A stretch of 64,000 nt of DNA. It comes from a bacterium. Lineage in GTDB: Bacteria; Omnitrophota; Gorgyraeia; Zapsychrales; Zapsychraceae. The notes below the pieces were generated by a model. That model made no database searches and was not told where the DNA came from. It saw only the letters and a program-made list of their open reading frames with translations. Of the stretch, positions 52,876-63,865 are shown piece by piece. The stretch lies in contig JAUIER010000002.1 in NCBI GenBank assembly GCA_030429765.1, forward strand, positions 130,239 to 194,238. Direction: 5' to 3'. Positions within the stretch are counted from its first letter, which is position 1. Each line of letters opens with the position of its first letter. The position numbers were made by a program, and so were the translations under genes.

Positions 52876-53487
52876 CTATTTGCCGGATGATTTGCGGTTG
52901 AACATTTTTCGAATTCCACCGACGATCTTTTTGCTTTTCTGGGATTTGTCAGCTGAAACACTGCTCTTGTCGTCGTCTTTGACAGAATCCTTCTTGCTGG
53001 ACTTTTCTTTCTTGTCTGACTTTTCGACAATCTCAGCGTCTTGAGGTTTGACATCCACATTAGCCGAAGCCTTAACCTCTTTGGAGATATCAGCTGCACC
53101 CGATGACTTGGCCTTGCTGATAATGCTTCCGCTGATTTCGGTCAATTCCAGATAAGCCAACTGAGCGTTGTCGCCCCGTCGATTATTCGTCAGAATAATG
53201 CGCGTGTATCCACCTGATCTTTTCTCAAACCGGGTAGCAATATTATTGAATAACTCGCTCACCAGTTTGTGATCACAAAGGATCGCATACGCCCGTCGCT
53301 TGCTCGCCAACGTGCCGTTCTTGCCCAACGTGATCAGCTTATCCACCAACTTGCGGGCCTCTTTGGCCTTGACTTTGGTCGTGCAGATACGCTGCTGGAT
53401 CAATGTGGCCTTCGCCAAATCCCTAACCGTCGCCTTACGATGCGCTGTTTTTCTGTTTAATGTATTTCCGGATATTTTATGTCTCAT
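52876..53487 (-). CDS. rplQ: 50S ribosomal protein L17 with C-terminal extension
   Basis: MRH, TTKVKAKE, GGYTRI, RRGDNA. Confidence 0.96.
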   Translation of the reverse strand: MRHKISGNTLNRKTAHRKATVRDLAKATLIQQRICTTKVKAKEARKLVDKLITLGKNGTLASKRRAYAILCDHKLVSELFNNIATRFEKRSGGYTRIILTNNRRGDNAQLAYLELTEISGSIISKAKSSGAADISKEVKASANVDVKPQDAEIVEKSDKKEKSSKKDSVKDDDKSSVSADKSQKSKKIVGGIRKMFNRKSSGK

Positions 53488-53500
53488 AATCTACTCTTTG

Positions 53501-54505
53501 TTAAGATGCGTCTTCTTTTTTAACCTGACGTAATTTTTTCTGATCCACTTTCATTCCGAGGCTTAGCCCCATAATCTTAAGTAAATCGTTAATTTCGGTC
53601 AGTGATTTCTTACCAAAATTTCTGAACGTCAATAATTCTGATTCACCCTTCTTGACCAACTCTGCGATTGTGTTAATATTCGCATCTTTCAAGCAATTCG
53701 CACTGCGCACCGAAAGCTCTAATTCCGAAATCGGTAGACGTAGTTTTTCATAGAGTGATTGCTCTTCGGCTGAGATTTCCTCTTCCTCTTCTTCCTCTTC
53801 AGGAAGCTGTCCGTAACTGACAAAGACATCAAGGTGACGCTGAAGGATGTTCGCCCCGTACAAAAGCGCTTCTTTGGGATTAATTCCTCCGTTTGTCCAG
53901 ATTTCAAGGATCAAACGATCGTAATCTGTCCGCTGCCCCACACGGGTGTTCTCAACGTGAAAATTAACCTTCGAAATCGGCGTAAAAATCGAGTCAATGG
54001 CAATCGTGTCAATCGCGGATTCCTTCTTGTTCATTTCCGCCGGCACGTATCCTCGCCCTCGGGAAACTTCCATCTCGATGTTGAGTTTTGTGTCCCGCGA
54101 AATAGTGGCAATTAGCAGATCAGGGTTCAACACCTCAATCGTCTCATCACAGATAATATCGGCCGCCCGAACTTCACCTTTCTTCTCGGCTTTGATGTAA
54201 ATCGGCTTCGGCACCTTGGAGTGAGATCTCAAGACCAATCGCTTGATATTGAGGATAATCTCGGATACTGATTCCATGACGCCTGGGATAGTTGAATACT
54301 CATGCTGCGTACCTTCGACTTTAATGGACGTGACAGCACTTCCTTCAATGGACGATAAAAGAATACGACGCAATGAATTTCCAAGCGTTACACCGTATCC
54401 TTTTTCAAATGGTTCAGCGATAAACTTACCATATGTCTCAGTGTATTCGGCCTCTACACAATCTAGCCTTTTAGGCATTTGAAAATCGCGCCATTTAACT
54501 CCCAT
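53501..54505 (-). CDS. rpoA: RNA polymerase alpha subunit
   Basis: [47 protein letters not shown]. Confidence 0.99.
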   Translation of the reverse strand: MGVKWRDFQMPKRLDCVEAEYTETYGKFIAEPFEKGYGVTLGNSLRRILLSSIEGSAVTSIKVEGTQHEYSTIPGVMESVSEIILNIKRLVLRSHSKVPKPIYIKAEKKGEVRAADIICDETIEVLNPDLLIATISRDTKLNIEMEVSRGRGYVPAEMNKKESAIDTIAIDSIFTPISKVNFHVENTRVGQRTDYDRLILEIWTNGGINPKEALLYGANILQRHLDVFVSYGQLPEEEEEEEEISAEEQSLYEKLRLPISELELSVRSANCLKDANINTIAELVKKGESELLTFRNFGKKSLTEINDLLKIMGLSLGMKVDQKKLRQVKKEDAS

Positions 54506-54633
54506 AAATTAGCCTCCTGTAATGGATGCAGCGTACTTTCCGCAATTACATCCGCAAGTGAAAATTAGATATATCGATTGTCCTGTTTCCGGACAAATCT
54601 TTACAAACTGTTTCCGCGCTACCCAACAGTTTA

Positions 54634-55245
54634 TTACTTTGAATAAAGCTCGACAATCAACTGCTCGTTGATTGGGAATTGAAGATCTTCCCGGACCGGA
54701 AGCTTGACGACAGTTCCTTTGTAATTCTTTTCGTCAACATTCAGCCACCCTTGACGGGTAAGATCTTTGTTGCGCTCCAGCACCGAGTCGATAAATGCCT
54801 TGGATTTTTCCTTGAATTTCAATACGATCTCATCGCCTTCCTGCACCTGAAATGAAGGAATGTTAACTCGGCGTCCGTTGACATAGACCATACCATGACT
54901 GACGATCTGCCGAGCCTGAGGTCGTGTCAGTGAGTAACCCATACGGAAAATAACGTTATCTAATCGCCGTTCCAATAACTGCAGCAACACGCTACCCGTG
55001 ATCCCTTTAGACTTGGCCGCTTTCTCATAGTAGCGACGGAACTGGCGCTCCAGAACACCATATACCCGCTTGACTTTCTGTTTTTCGCGCAACTGAAGAC
55101 CGTAATCCGAAAGCTTGGTCCGTCGGCCTTGTCCATGTTGTCCCGGCGGATATGGACGGATATCAAAATCATATTTTTTAGGTCCGAAAAGATTCTCACC
55201 TTCTCGTCGACATAGTCTGTATTTTGGTCCTGTATATCTTGCCAT
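54634..55245 (-). CDS. rpsD: 30S ribosomal protein S4
   Basis: MARYTGP, PGQHG, LERRLDNV, IVELYSK. Confidence 0.98.
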   Translation of the reverse strand: MARYTGPKYRLCRREGENLFGPKKYDFDIRPYPPGQHGQGRRTKLSDYGLQLREKQKVKRVYGVLERQFRRYYEKAAKSKGITGSVLLQLLERRLDNVIFRMGYSLTRPQARQIVSHGMVYVNGRRVNIPSFQVQEGDEIVLKFKEKSKAFIDSVLERNKDLTRQGWLNVDEKNYKGTVVKLPVREDLQFPINEQLIVELYSK

Positions 55246-55264
55246 TAAATCTTCTCCTTAAACG

Positions 55265-55687
55265 TTATACTCGCCGTTTTTTACGCGGACGGCAACCATT
55301 GTGAGGCAATGGTGTAATATCTTTGATTGATGTAACACTTAGACCAGCCGCTTGAATAGCCCGAATCGCTGATTCTCGTCCTGACCCCGGCCCTTTGACC
55401 AACACATCAACCGTTTTTAATCCCAACTCCTTGGCCTTCTTGGCGCAATCCGAGGCAGCGACCTGAGCGGCAAACGGAGTCGATTTTTTGGATCCGTTAA
55501 ATCCCACAACGCCAGGCGTCGACCAGACAATTGTGTTTCCTTCTTTATCTGAAATCGAGATAATTGTGTTATTGAACGTCGCAAGAACATGCGCCACGCC
55601 GGCCGTAATCCCCTTAAGAGCCTTCTTCTTTTGTTTCTCACGCTTACGTGCTGCTTTAGCATTAACAGTTGGTTTTGGCTTTGCCAT
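55265..55687 (-). CDS. rpsK: 30S ribosomal protein S11
   Basis: TFNNTI, KSTPFAA, GPGSGRE, PHNGCRP. Confidence 0.98.
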   Translation of the reverse strand: MAKPKPTVNAKAARKREKQKKKALKGITAGVAHVLATFNNTIISISDKEGNTIVWSTPGVVGFNGSKKSTPFAAQVAASDCAKKAKELGLKTVDVLVKGPGSGRESAIRAIQAAGLSVTSIKDITPLPHNGCRPRKKRRV

Positions 55688-55711
55688 TGATCAGTATCCT
55701 TAAATATGAGT

Positions 55712-56089
55712 TTATTTCTTCTTGATTTTCTGTCCGCCGATGGTCGGTTTCCGTCCTTTTCGCGTCCGGGAATTTGTCTTGGTCCGTTGACCATTCACGG
55801 GCAATCCCTTGCGATGGCGAAGCCCGCGATACACACCGATTTCCATCATACGTTTGACATTCTGGCTGATTTCACGTCTCAAATCCCCTTCAGTCACATA
55901 ATTGTTCTGAATGATATTCGTCAATCGGCTGATTTCTTCCTCAGTCAATTCTTTTGCCCGTCGATCTTTGTCGATACCGGCTTCCTTTAGAATGTCCAGA
56001 GCACGCTTGGGTCCCACGCCGTAGATGTACTTAATCGAGGCTTCAATTCTTTTTTGTTTTGGTATATCGACACCTAAAATTCTTGGCAT
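55712..56089 (-). CDS. rpsM: 30S ribosomal protein S13
   Basis: RILGVDIP, YRGLRH, GQRTKTN.RTRKG. Confidence 0.98.
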   Translation of the reverse strand: MPRILGVDIPKQKRIEASIKYIYGVGPKRALDILKEAGIDKDRRAKELTEEEISRLTNIIQNNYVTEGDLRREISQNVKRMMEIGVYRGLRHRKGLPVNGQRTKTNSRTRKGRKPTIGGQKIKKK

Positions 56090-56094
56090 GATAT

Positions 56095-56211
56095 CTATCC
56101 TTGTCTTTGTTTGTGTTTTGGATTAGCTTTGCATATAACGCGCACGACACCATGGCGTCTGATAACTTTACAATTACTGCAAATTCTTTTAACTGATGAC
56201 TTTACTCTCAT
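56095..56211 (-). CDS. rpmJ: 50S ribosomal protein L36 (zinc type), not in the ORF track
   Basis: Manual translation [38 protein letters not shown]. Confidence 0.97.
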   Translation of the reverse strand: MRVKSSVKRICSNCKVIRRHGVVRVICKANPKHKQRQG

Positions 56212-56301
56212 ATTTGATTGCGCGTCTTGCGCCCTCCTACATTCTTTATTATCGCGGTAACATTGGCTGTCCCGCGTATTGATATTCAGTCAGGCCTTGT
56301 C

Positions 56302-57069
56302 TTACTGAGGACAAAGCGTCAAAATTTCCGGGCCATTCTTGGTGATCGCGACGGTGTGCTCAAAATGGGCGGATGGCTTGCCATCCATAGTCGCTACCGT
56401 CCAACCGTCTTCCAAAATCCGTGTCTGCCAGGTACCGAGGTTGACCATCGGTTCGATGGCGAAGACCATACCAGCCTTGAGGATCGGACCCTGATGCGGC
56501 GGTCCGAAATTCGGTATTTCCGGATCTTCATGGAGATTCCGTCCAATACCATGACCTACAAATTCCTTGACGATGGAAAAATTGAATTTTTCAACGTACT
56601 TTTGAATCGCGGCCGAGATATCCGTCAGATGATTGTGCACCTGTGCTTGTTCAATTCCGCGATGCAGTGATTCCCGTGTGACATCCAGCAATTGCTGAAG
56701 CTCATCTCCTATCTTACCAATTCCAACCGTGACGGCCGTGTCAGCATAGTAATCTTTGTGGATGATTCCCACGTCCATACTGACGATGTCACCTTCTCTG
56801 AGAATCCGCTCATTAGGAATACCATGAACAACTTCATGGTTCACGGACATGCACACACATCCGGGAAACCCGCGATATCCCTTAAATGCCGGGATCACAT
56901 TAGCCTTTTGGATCAAGTCTTCGGCTATTGTGTCCACCGCCTTAGTGGTAACTCCAGATTTTAAAGAGCCTTTTAATTCATGAATGACACCGCCGAGAAT
57001 CTGGCCGGCTTCACGCATGATGTCAAGTTCCTGTTCGGTCTTGATACTAATTGAGCTTTGCCTGTTCAT
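56302..57069 (-). CDS. map: Methionine aminopeptidase type I
   Basis: VVHGIP, DVG....YADTA, GHGIG..LHEDP, AIEPM, SAHFEHT. Confidence 0.96.
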   Translation of the reverse strand: MNRQSSISIKTEQELDIMREAGQILGGVIHELKGSLKSGVTTKAVDTIAEDLIQKANVIPAFKGYRGFPGCVCMSVNHEVVHGIPNERILREGDIVSMDVGIIHKDYYADTAVTVGIGKIGDELQQLLDVTRESLHRGIEQAQVHNHLTDISAAIQKYVEKFNFSIVKEFVGHGIGRNLHEDPEIPNFGPPHQGPILKAGMVFAIEPMVNLGTWQTRILEDGWTVATMDGKPSAHFEHTVAITKNGPEILTLCPQ

Positions 57070-57706
57070 TGAAAATATCATTCAGTTCGGGTAACAGCTT
57101 TTCTGAATCTTTATCGCCATCGACCTTAACAAGGATTCCCTTGGACTCGTAATATTCAACAATCGGCAATGTGTTCTTCAAATAAACATCCATACGGCGA
57201 CGAACTGTCTCTTCGTTATCATCCGGTCGCTGGATTAATTCCTCACCAGATACGTCACAAATCCCTTCCTGTTTGGGAGGGCGATTCACAATGTGATAGA
57301 CCTTACCTGACTTAGGTGCCACCCGGCGCCCTGTAATACGGCTGATAATCACTTCCATCGTCGCGTCCATATAAACCGCTAAATCCAGTGGACGCTGGAT
57401 TTCATTCAGAATCTCATCCAGGCTTTCTGCCTGAGCCTTGGTGCGTGGAAATCCGTCAAGCATATAGCCCTTATCCGGACTGCTTGTCTTGACCTTTTTG
57501 GCCAGTAATTGGGTGACCAGCAGATCCGGGACAAGTTCGCCCTTTTCGACATAGCTCTTGGCTTCCAAACCCAGCTCACTGCCGTTCTTCATCTCTTCCC
57601 GAAGCAGATCACCGGTGGAAATATGTAAAAGATCGTGCTGCTCAACGAGTAATCCGGCTAACGTTCCCTTTCCCGCTCCCGGAGGTCCTAACAAGACAAG
57701 GTTCAT
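57047..57706 (-). CDS. adk: Adenylate kinase
   Basis: GPPGAGKGT, HISTGDLLR, LDGFPR, RPDD. Confidence 0.98.
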   Translation of the reverse strand: MNLVLLGPPGAGKGTLAGLLVEQHDLLHISTGDLLREEMKNGSELGLEAKSYVEKGELVPDLLVTQLLAKKVKTSSPDKGYMLDGFPRTKAQAESLDEILNEIQRPLDLAVYMDATMEVIISRITGRRVAPKSGKVYHIVNRPPKQEGICDVSGEELIQRPDDNEETVRRRMDVYLKNTLPIVEYYESKGILVKVDGDKDSEKLLPELNDIFNEQAKLN

Positions 57707-59049
57707 CGACGCCCCTTGAGCTGTCCGGATTTCATGAATCCGTCATAATGGCGCATAACCAAATGCGACTCGATTTGCTTCATTGTGTCGAGCATAACAC
57801 CGACAATAATCAAAACACCTGTCCCCCCGAAAAACGAGGCCACAAGATACGGCACCTTAAAAGAGGCCATAATGGCATCCGGCATGATCGCAATGATACA
57901 AATAAACAGCGCCCCGGCCAAGGTGATCCGCGTCATGACAAAATCTAGGTAATCTGCGGTTTGCGTTCCCGGTCTAACCCCGGGGATGAACCCTCCATGC
58001 TTCTTCATATTATCCGCAACATCAACCGGATTGAACACAATCGCCGTGTAGAAATAGCAGAAGAAGACAATGAGAAACGCATAGATGGTGTAGTACAGCC
58101 ACCCGCCACGCGACATAAATCCGGCCATATTTTGGAACGCCTGATTCGGTATAAAACTGGCCAGTGTCGCCGGAAATAAAATTATCGACTGCGCAAAGAT
58201 AATCGCGATAACACCTGATGTATCAACCTTCAATGGAATATACGAGCTCTGTCCACCATACACCTTACGGCCTACAATTCGGCGCGCGTACTGCACCGGA
58301 ATCTTCCGTTGAGCCTGTGTGATTAGGGTGATCGCAATAATAACACCTATCAAAAAAGCAATCATGATCAACAGAGTTAACGGCTGCAACTGACTGGTTC
58401 CGCCTGACTGAGGTGATAACAACAACGCCAGTGTTCGAATGGCGGTCGGTGCGGCTGAAATAATCCCGGCCGTGATGATCAACGAAATTCCGTTTCCGAT
58501 CCCATGCTCCTGGATCTGCTCACCCAGCCACATCAATAACATCGTCCCACAGCTCAGGGTCACAACAGTCACTATCCGGAACATCCATCCCGGTGAATTA
58601 ACGATCTGTAATCCTTGAAATGCCGCCGGACTCTCCAGCCACAACGCGATAAAGAACGACTGAACCAAACCCAACGCCAGTGTTCCATAACGTGTATACT
58701 GATTGATCTTTTGATATCCCGTTTGCCCTTCCTTCGCTAACTTCTCCAACGCCGGAATAACCGCCGTCAGCAGCTGCATGATAATCGAGCTGGAGATGTA
58801 CGGCATGATACCCAATGAAAACACCGTCAGCTTCTCAAGAGCCCCTCCGGAAAACATGTTCATGATCCCGAAGATGCTTCCATCCGATGTGGAATTAATC
58901 CTTTCAAAGAACTCGGCCAGCATGGCCCCATTTACACCCGGCGTTGGGATGTAGCATCCAACCCGATAAACAGCAATAATACCCAGCGTGAAAAGAATTT
59001 TTTTCTTTAACTCAGGTATCTTGAAACAATTAGCGAAAGAGGCTAACAT
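57703..59049 (-). CDS. secY: Preprotein translocase SecY
   Basis: LGIMPYI, GIGNGISL, IPGVRPG, GGTG.LI.VGV. Confidence 0.99.
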   Translation of the reverse strand: MLASFANCFKIPELKKKILFTLGIIAVYRVGCYIPTPGVNGAMLAEFFERINSTSDGSIFGIMNMFSGGALEKLTVFSLGIMPYISSSIIMQLLTAVIPALEKLAKEGQTGYQKINQYTRYGTLALGLVQSFFIALWLESPAAFQGLQIVNSPGWMFRIVTVVTLSCGTMLLMWLGEQIQEHGIGNGISLIITAGIISAAPTAIRTLALLLSPQSGGTSQLQPLTLLIMIAFLIGVIIAITLITQAQRKIPVQYARRIVGRKVYGGQSSYIPLKVDTSGVIAIIFAQSIILFPATLASFIPNQAFQNMAGFMSRGGWLYYTIYAFLIVFFCYFYTAIVFNPVDVADNMKKHGGFIPGVRPGTQTADYLDFVMTRITLAGALFICIIAIMPDAIMASFKVPYLVASFFGGTGVLIIVGVMLDTMKQIESHLVMRHYDGFMKSGQLKGRR

Positions 59050-59060
59050 AAATTGACCCT

Positions 59061-59537
59061 TTATGATGACGGTTTAGTCTTGGTTTTAACTTCCTTCTTC
59101 GCCAACTCAACCTTACCGCCCGCCTTCTCTATCTTTTCCTGCGCTGACTTAGAAATGCTCTGAGCCTGTACAGTAATCGCATTCTTGATATCACCATCAC
59201 CTAGGATCTTGAATGGTTTGTTGAGACTGCTGATCAATCCTTCCTTCTTCAAGAGCTCTGCCGTAATAACAGTTCCCTTGTCAAACCGGTTCAAATCTTC
59301 CAAATGAACCACTTGGTTTAAGATTGGCCGATGTGAACGGAATCCAACCTTAGGAAGTCTTCGAATTAAACGCATTTGACCGCCTTCAGATGCCTTGGCC
59401 GACCACCTTCCCGACCGTGACCGCTGACCATTTTCGCCACGTCCACTCGTCTTTCCGGATCCTGAACCTCGACCGCGACCAACTATTTTCTTGCGCTTCC
59501 TTGAACCTCTAGGTGATTTTAATTCATGTAATTGCAT
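59061..59537 (-). CDS. rplO: 50S ribosomal protein L15
   Basis: GRG.GSG.GKTSGRG, EGGQ, RRLPK.GF. Confidence 0.97.
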   Translation of the reverse strand: MQLHELKSPRGSRKRKKIVGRGRGSGSGKTSGRGENGQRSRSGRWSAKASEGGQMRLIRRLPKVGFRSHRPILNQVVHLEDLNRFDKGTVITAELLKKEGLISSLNKPFKILGDGDIKNAITVQAQSISKSAQEKIEKAGGKVELAKKEVKTKTKPSS

Positions 59538-59538
59538 T

Positions 59539-60207
59539 TTATTTTTCTACCGTTTTTAGTCGAGCTAACCCGTCGAACGTTGCCTTAACGACATTGATCG
59601 GATTGTTAGATCGATGACACTTGGTTAAAATATTGTGAATTCCTGCACCGTCGCATACCGCACGAACCGGACCTGAAGCAATAACGCCCGTTCCTTCCGA
59701 CGCCGGCTTAAGCAATACTTCGGCCCCACTACATTCGCCGATAATCTCATGTGGAATTGTACTCCCCCGCATCTTGACCTGGACCATATTTTTCTTCGCG
59801 TTTGTCATCGCTTTGCGGATCGCGATTGAAACCTCACTGGCCTTGGAAAGACTGTATCCGACCTTCCCCATCGTATCACCAACAACAACCAATGCGCTGA
59901 ACGACAGCTTTTTCCCACCTTTGGTTACTTTGGTGATCCGTTTGATAGAGATAACCTTCTCTAGAACCTCTGGATCATTTGGATCTTTGGCAACATCTGG
60001 CCCTTTGCGCGGCGATCCCTGCCGACGTGATCGGCGATCTCTTCCGGCTTCTGCGGGTTTACCCGCCGGAGCCTCTTTCTTGCCCTCGCTTTTAGCCTCG
60101 CCAGCTGTATCTTTTGTCGCTTCGGCTGGAGCTTGACTAGAAGCTGCCGCTTGCTCGTTTTTGACTTCTTGTTTTTCTGCTGCGTTTTCTTGTTTTTCTT
60201 GATCCAT
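59539..60207 (-). CDS. rpsE: 30S ribosomal protein S5 with long N-terminal extension
   Basis: KVTKGG, FSALVVVGD, PASEGTGVIA; start reset to MDQE. Confidence 0.95.
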   Translation of the reverse strand: MDQEKQENAAEKQEVKNEQAAASSQAPAEATKDTAGEAKSEGKKEAPAGKPAEAGRDRRSRRQGSPRKGPDVAKDPNDPEVLEKVISIKRITKVTKGGKKLSFSALVVVGDTMGKVGYSLSKASEVSIAIRKAMTNAKKNMVQVKMRGSTIPHEIIGECSGAEVLLKPASEGTGVIASGPVRAVCDGAGIHNILTKCHRSNNPINVVKATFDGLARLKTVEK

Positions 60208-60211
60208 AGAT

Positions 60212-60580
60212 TTAAAACTCCAGTCCACCTTTTCGAGCCGCTTCCGCGAATGCTTTCACACGACCATGATAGAGGTAGCCACCGCGATCGAAACAGACCT
60301 TGGTGATGCCCTTGTCTTTAGCCTTGGCTGCTAACGCTTCACCAAGTACTTCTGCCGCCTTGATGTTTCCACCATTTTTCTGCTGCTCACGAATTGACTT
60401 GTTTAACGTTGACATCCCCATAATGACCTGCTGGTTTTCGTCATTGACGATTTGCGCTGTCAAGTTTTTCAGACTACGATGCACGCAAAGTCGTGGACGT
60501 TCAGATGTACCTGCAGATTTTTTTCGAATTCGGCGATGCCGGTAGATTCTTTGAACTTCTCTTTTAGCTAAATTTTTCAT
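60212..60580 (-). CDS. rplR: 50S ribosomal protein L18
   Basis: RPRL.V.RS, FDRGGYLYHGRV. Confidence 0.97.
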   Translation of the reverse strand: MKNLAKREVQRIYRHRRIRKKSAGTSERPRLCVHRSLKNLTAQIVNDENQQVIMGMSTLNKSIREQQKNGGNIKAAEVLGEALAAKAKDKGITKVCFDRGGYLYHGRVKAFAEAARKGGLEF

Positions 60581-61119
60581 TATTTGGTTACCGACTTACC
60601 TTGTTTACGTCTTACATTTTCACCGACATAACGGATACCCTTGCCCTTGTATGGCTCTACTTTCTTCAAAGCCCGGATACTCGCCGCTACTTGACCAACT
60701 CGCTGCTTATCGATACCTTCAACGATAATTGACGTCTGGCTAGGGACCGTTACTTTCACATCCTCTGGAATATCAAATTCGACCGGATGGCTAAAACCAA
60801 GGTTAAACACAATCTTCTTGCCCTGAAGTTGAGCCCGAAAACCAATCCCCTGGATTTCTAATTCTTTTTTATGTCCGTCCGTGGCGCCGGCAACCATGTT
60901 TCCGATACTCGCCCAGATCGTCCCATGATTGGCACGATTTTGTTTGGCATTAGATAATCGGTCAACGCTGATTTTCTCATCTTTGACCTCGACCTTGATA
61001 CCAGACGGAAGACTTAATTGAAGCTTTCCCTTTGGACCTTCTACCTTAACCGTCGATCCATCGACATTACACTTAACACCCTTTGGAACTGAAATTGGAA
61101 TTTTAGCTATTCTTGACAT
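60580..61119 (-). CDS. rplF: 50S ribosomal protein L6
   Basis: MSRI, GPKG, LGFSH, EPYKGKGIRY. Confidence 0.98.
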   Translation of the reverse strand: MSRIAKIPISVPKGVKCNVDGSTVKVEGPKGKLQLSLPSGIKVEVKDEKISVDRLSNAKQNRANHGTIWASIGNMVAGATDGHKKELEIQGIGFRAQLQGKKIVFNLGFSHPVEFDIPEDVKVTVPSQTSIIVEGIDKQRVGQVAASIRALKKVEPYKGKGIRYVGENVRRKQGKSVTK

Positions 61120-61125
61120 ATTTGA

Positions 61126-61521
61126 TTACCAAATGTAACAGAGAACTTCTCCGCCCACGTTCATCTTTCTGGCTTCTTCACCATCAACAACACCTTTTGA
61201 AGTTGAAAGTACCGCTGTGCCAAGACCATTCAGAACTCGAGGAATTTCATCTCTGGATTTGTATACCCGTAGCCCCGGTCTAGATACGCGCTTTAGGTTA
61301 ATAATTGCTGATTTTTTGTTTTCATATTTTAAGTAAACCTTATAAGATCCCTGAACATTTGTCTTCATAAGGCGAAAATCCTCGATATATCCGCGATTCT
61401 TGAAGATTTCTAGAATTTTCTCCGTCATCTTGGACGCAGGAACGTCGACCGTTTCTTTCCTGATCATCATACCATTTCGGATTATTGTTAATAGATTACT
61501 AATCGGATCACTTAATGACAT
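61126..61521 (-). CDS. rpsH: 30S ribosomal protein S8
   Basis: DPI...LT.IRN, SRPGLRVY, STSKG, GGEVLC. Confidence 0.98.
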   Translation of the reverse strand: MSLSDPISNLLTIIRNGMMIRKETVDVPASKMTEKILEIFKNRGYIEDFRLMKTNVQGSYKVYLKYENKKSAIINLKRVSRPGLRVYKSRDEIPRVLNGLGTAVLSTSKGVVDGEEARKMNVGGEVLCYIW

Positions 61522-61539
61522 TTTTAATTTCCACCCTTT

Positions 61540-61725
61540 TTACCAGCTTGCTTTTTTAACTCCAGGAATTTCGCCTCTCCATGCTAATTCACGGAAGCAG
61601 ATTCGACAGACATTGAATCTGCGAAGAAATCCTTTGGGGCGTCCGCAAATCTTGCATCGATTGTATTGTCTCGACGAGAATTTTGGTTTGCGCTCTGCTT
61701 TTATTACCAATGATTTTCTAGCCAT
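61540..61725 (-). CDS. rpsN: 30S ribosomal protein S14 type Z
   Basis: RCKICGR...CRICFRE...PGVKKASW. Confidence 0.97.
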   Translation of the reverse strand: MARKSLVIKAERKPKFSSRQYNRCKICGRPKGFLRRFNVCRICFRELAWRGEIPGVKKASW

Positions 61726-61733
61726 AATTTCCC

Positions 61734-62300
61734 TTATACAGTTTGCTCTTGTCGCTTTTTGATTTTTGTAAACGGCATGCCGAATAATGTTAAAAGTTCC
61801 AACGTCCGCTCTTTTGGCCCTTTGCTGAATACAAATGTGATATCCATTCCCTGCTGATACTTGATCTTACCCGTGTCAATTTCAGGAAAAATTGATTGGT
61901 CTGAAATACCCAAGGTGTAATTACCTTGTTTATCAAAGGCCTTACGGGATACGCCGTTGAAGTCACGGATTCGCGGCAGGCAAATATTGATCAGCCTGTC
62001 CATGAATTCATACATCGTATTACCGCGCAATGTTACCTTACAACCAATCGGCATACCTTCACGTAATTTAAAGTTTGAAATCGCCAGCTTCGAACGTGTG
62101 ATAATCGGCTTCTGACCGGCAATCTTTGTCATATCTTCAACCGCGCTGTCCAGAATCTTCATATCGCTGATCGCATCACCAACACCCATGTTGATCACGA
62201 TCTTGGTCAATTTTGGAACATCCATGATGTTCTTGATTTCAAATTGATCCTGAATCGCTTTGGCAAATTTTGTATTATATTCGTCTCTTAATCGTGCCAT
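61734..62300 (-). CDS. rplE: 50S ribosomal protein L5
   Basis: [26 protein letters not shown]. Confidence 0.98.
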   Translation of the reverse strand: MARLRDEYNTKFAKAIQDQFEIKNIMDVPKLTKIVINMGVGDAISDMKILDSAVEDMTKIAGQKPIITRSKLAISNFKLREGMPIGCKVTLRGNTMYEFMDRLINICLPRIRDFNGVSRKAFDKQGNYTLGISDQSIFPEIDTGKIKYQQGMDITFVFSKGPKERTLELLTLFGMPFTKIKKRQEQTV

Positions 62301-62301
62301 C

Positions 62302-62613
62302 TTATATCACGTCCCCACTTCTTTTACTTATCCGGACTTTCTGTCCGTTATCTAAAATTTTCGCTCCGAAGCGAGTTGGTTTATTTGTCTTCTTGTCGAT
62401 CAACATAATGTTAGAAATGTGGATCGGCATTTCAATTTCCACAAATCCACCCTGCTGATTTTCCTGCGTGCGCCGTTGAGCTTTTTTGATCACATTAATA
62501 TGTTCGACAATCGCTTTATTTTTATCGTGCATGACCTTCAGGACTTTACCCGTTTTTCCTTTGTCCTTTCCGGCAATCACCATAACCTGGTCATCTTTTC
62601 TGATATGTAACAT
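62302..62613 (-). CDS. rplX: 50S ribosomal protein L24
   Basis: D.V.VIAGKDKGK.G, PIHISN. Confidence 0.97.
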   Translation of the reverse strand: MLHIRKDDQVMVIAGKDKGKTGKVLKVMHDKNKAIVEHINVIKKAQRRTQENQQGGFVEIEMPIHISNIMLIDKKTNKPTRFGAKILDNGQKVRISKRSGDVI

Positions 62614-62982
62614 CTATACAACCTCCGGCGCTAATGAAATAATCTTCATGTAATCCATATTTCGAAGTTCTCGGGCAACCGGTCCAAACACGCGTGTTCC
62701 CTTGGGATTTCCCGCATCATCAATGATGACAACGGCGTTGCTGTCGAAGCGCACATATGTTCCATCATTCCGTCGAATCGGAGATTTGGTTCTTACCACA
62801 ATTGCGCGGGCTTTCGTTCCTTTTTTGACCGCAGCTTCCGGCGCCGAGGCTTTAATGTTCACTCGGATAATATCGCCGATGTGAGCACAACGTCGTCCTT
62901 TGGCATTCAATACACCGATCATCGATGCCTTTCGGGCCCCGGAGTTATCGGCTACATCTAGGATAGTCTTCATATAGATCAT
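62614..62982 (-). CDS. rplN: 50S ribosomal protein L14
   Basis: [26 protein letters not shown]. Confidence 0.98.
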   Translation of the reverse strand: MIYMKTILDVADNSGARKASMIGVLNAKGRRCAHIGDIIRVNIKASAPEAAVKKGTKARAIVVRTKSPIRRNDGTYVRFDSNAVVIIDDAGNPKGTRVFGPVARELRNMDYMKIISLAPEVV

Positions 62983-62984
62983 GA

Positions 62985-63257
62985 TTATAGTTCCGCTTTT
63001 TTTACAATTTCCCTAATTATCCATCGTTTATCTTTAGATAAAGGTCGAGTCTCCATCATTCGTACAACATCACCCATCTTGCTCTCGTTCTTCTCGTCAT
63101 GCGCCTTGAACTTGTTCGCAACCTTGACAACCTTATGATATTTGTCGTGCTTTGCCGAGTAACGAATCTGGACAACGCGCGTCTTATTCATTTTGTCACT
63201 TACGACGACACCCTGCAGGGTACGACGTCTACTTGTCCGCGCTTGATTTTCGCTCAT
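62985..63257 (-). CDS. rpsQ: 30S ribosomal protein S17
   Basis: [24 protein letters not shown]. Confidence 0.97.
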   Translation of the reverse strand: MSENQARTSRRRTLQGVVVSDKMNKTRVVQIRYSAKHDKYHKVVKVANKFKAHDEKNESKMGDVVRMMETRPLSKDKRWIIREIVKKAEL

Positions 63258-63444
63258 TGATTTCTCTTTCCTTTAAAATAGTTAAAATACGCGCGATGTT
63301 CTTCCGTAGCGCGCGAAAATTAGATGGCTTCTCAACCTGCCCAATCTTACGCTGATAGTTTAATTCAAACAGTTCCTTCTTAAATGCCTTTTCTTTTTGC
63401 AGAAGATCCTGCGAACTCAGTTCTCTCAAATCTTTAAGTTTCAT
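63229..63444 (-). CDS. rpmC: 50S ribosomal protein L29
   Basis: KDLRELS...ELF.L...RKNIARILT. Confidence 0.93.
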   Translation of the reverse strand: MKLKDLRELSSQDLLQKEKAFKKELFELNYQRKIGQVEKPSNFRALRKNIARILTILKEREINERKSSADK

Positions 63445-63860
63445 TACAGACCACCTCGTTTGACAAATTTAGACTTTACCGGCAGTTTAAACGAAACCAG
63501 ACGTAATACACCTTTGGCAAAATCTTCGGGAACACCGCTGATCTCAAATAAGACGCGTCCGCGTCTGACAACCGCGACCCAATGATCCAGATCACCTTTA
63601 CCCTTACCCATACGCGTTTCAGCTGGCTTCTTTGATATAGGCTTGTTCGGAAAAATATTGATCCAAAGCTTTCCAGCGCCCTTCATCTTACGGGCTACGA
63701 CGACTCGGCAGGCTTCCATATGTGTACCGCGGATGTAACCGTTTTCCAAGGCTTTCAGACCATACTCACCAAAAGTGATTTTATCACCGGTCGTAGCAAT
63801 TCCCCTTCGCTTGCCTTTTTGGGCTTTACGATATTTTGTTTTTCTAGGCATTAAAAGCAT
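63444..63860 (-). CDS. rplP: 50S ribosomal protein L16
   Basis: [22 protein letters not shown]. Confidence 0.98.
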   Translation of the reverse strand: MLLMPRKTKYRKAQKGKRRGIATTGDKITFGEYGLKALENGYIRGTHMEACRVVVARKMKGAGKLWINIFPNKPISKKPAETRMGKGKGDLDHWVAVVRRGRVLFEISGVPEDFAKGVLRLVSFKLPVKSKFVKRGGL

Positions 63861-63865
63861 TTGAC

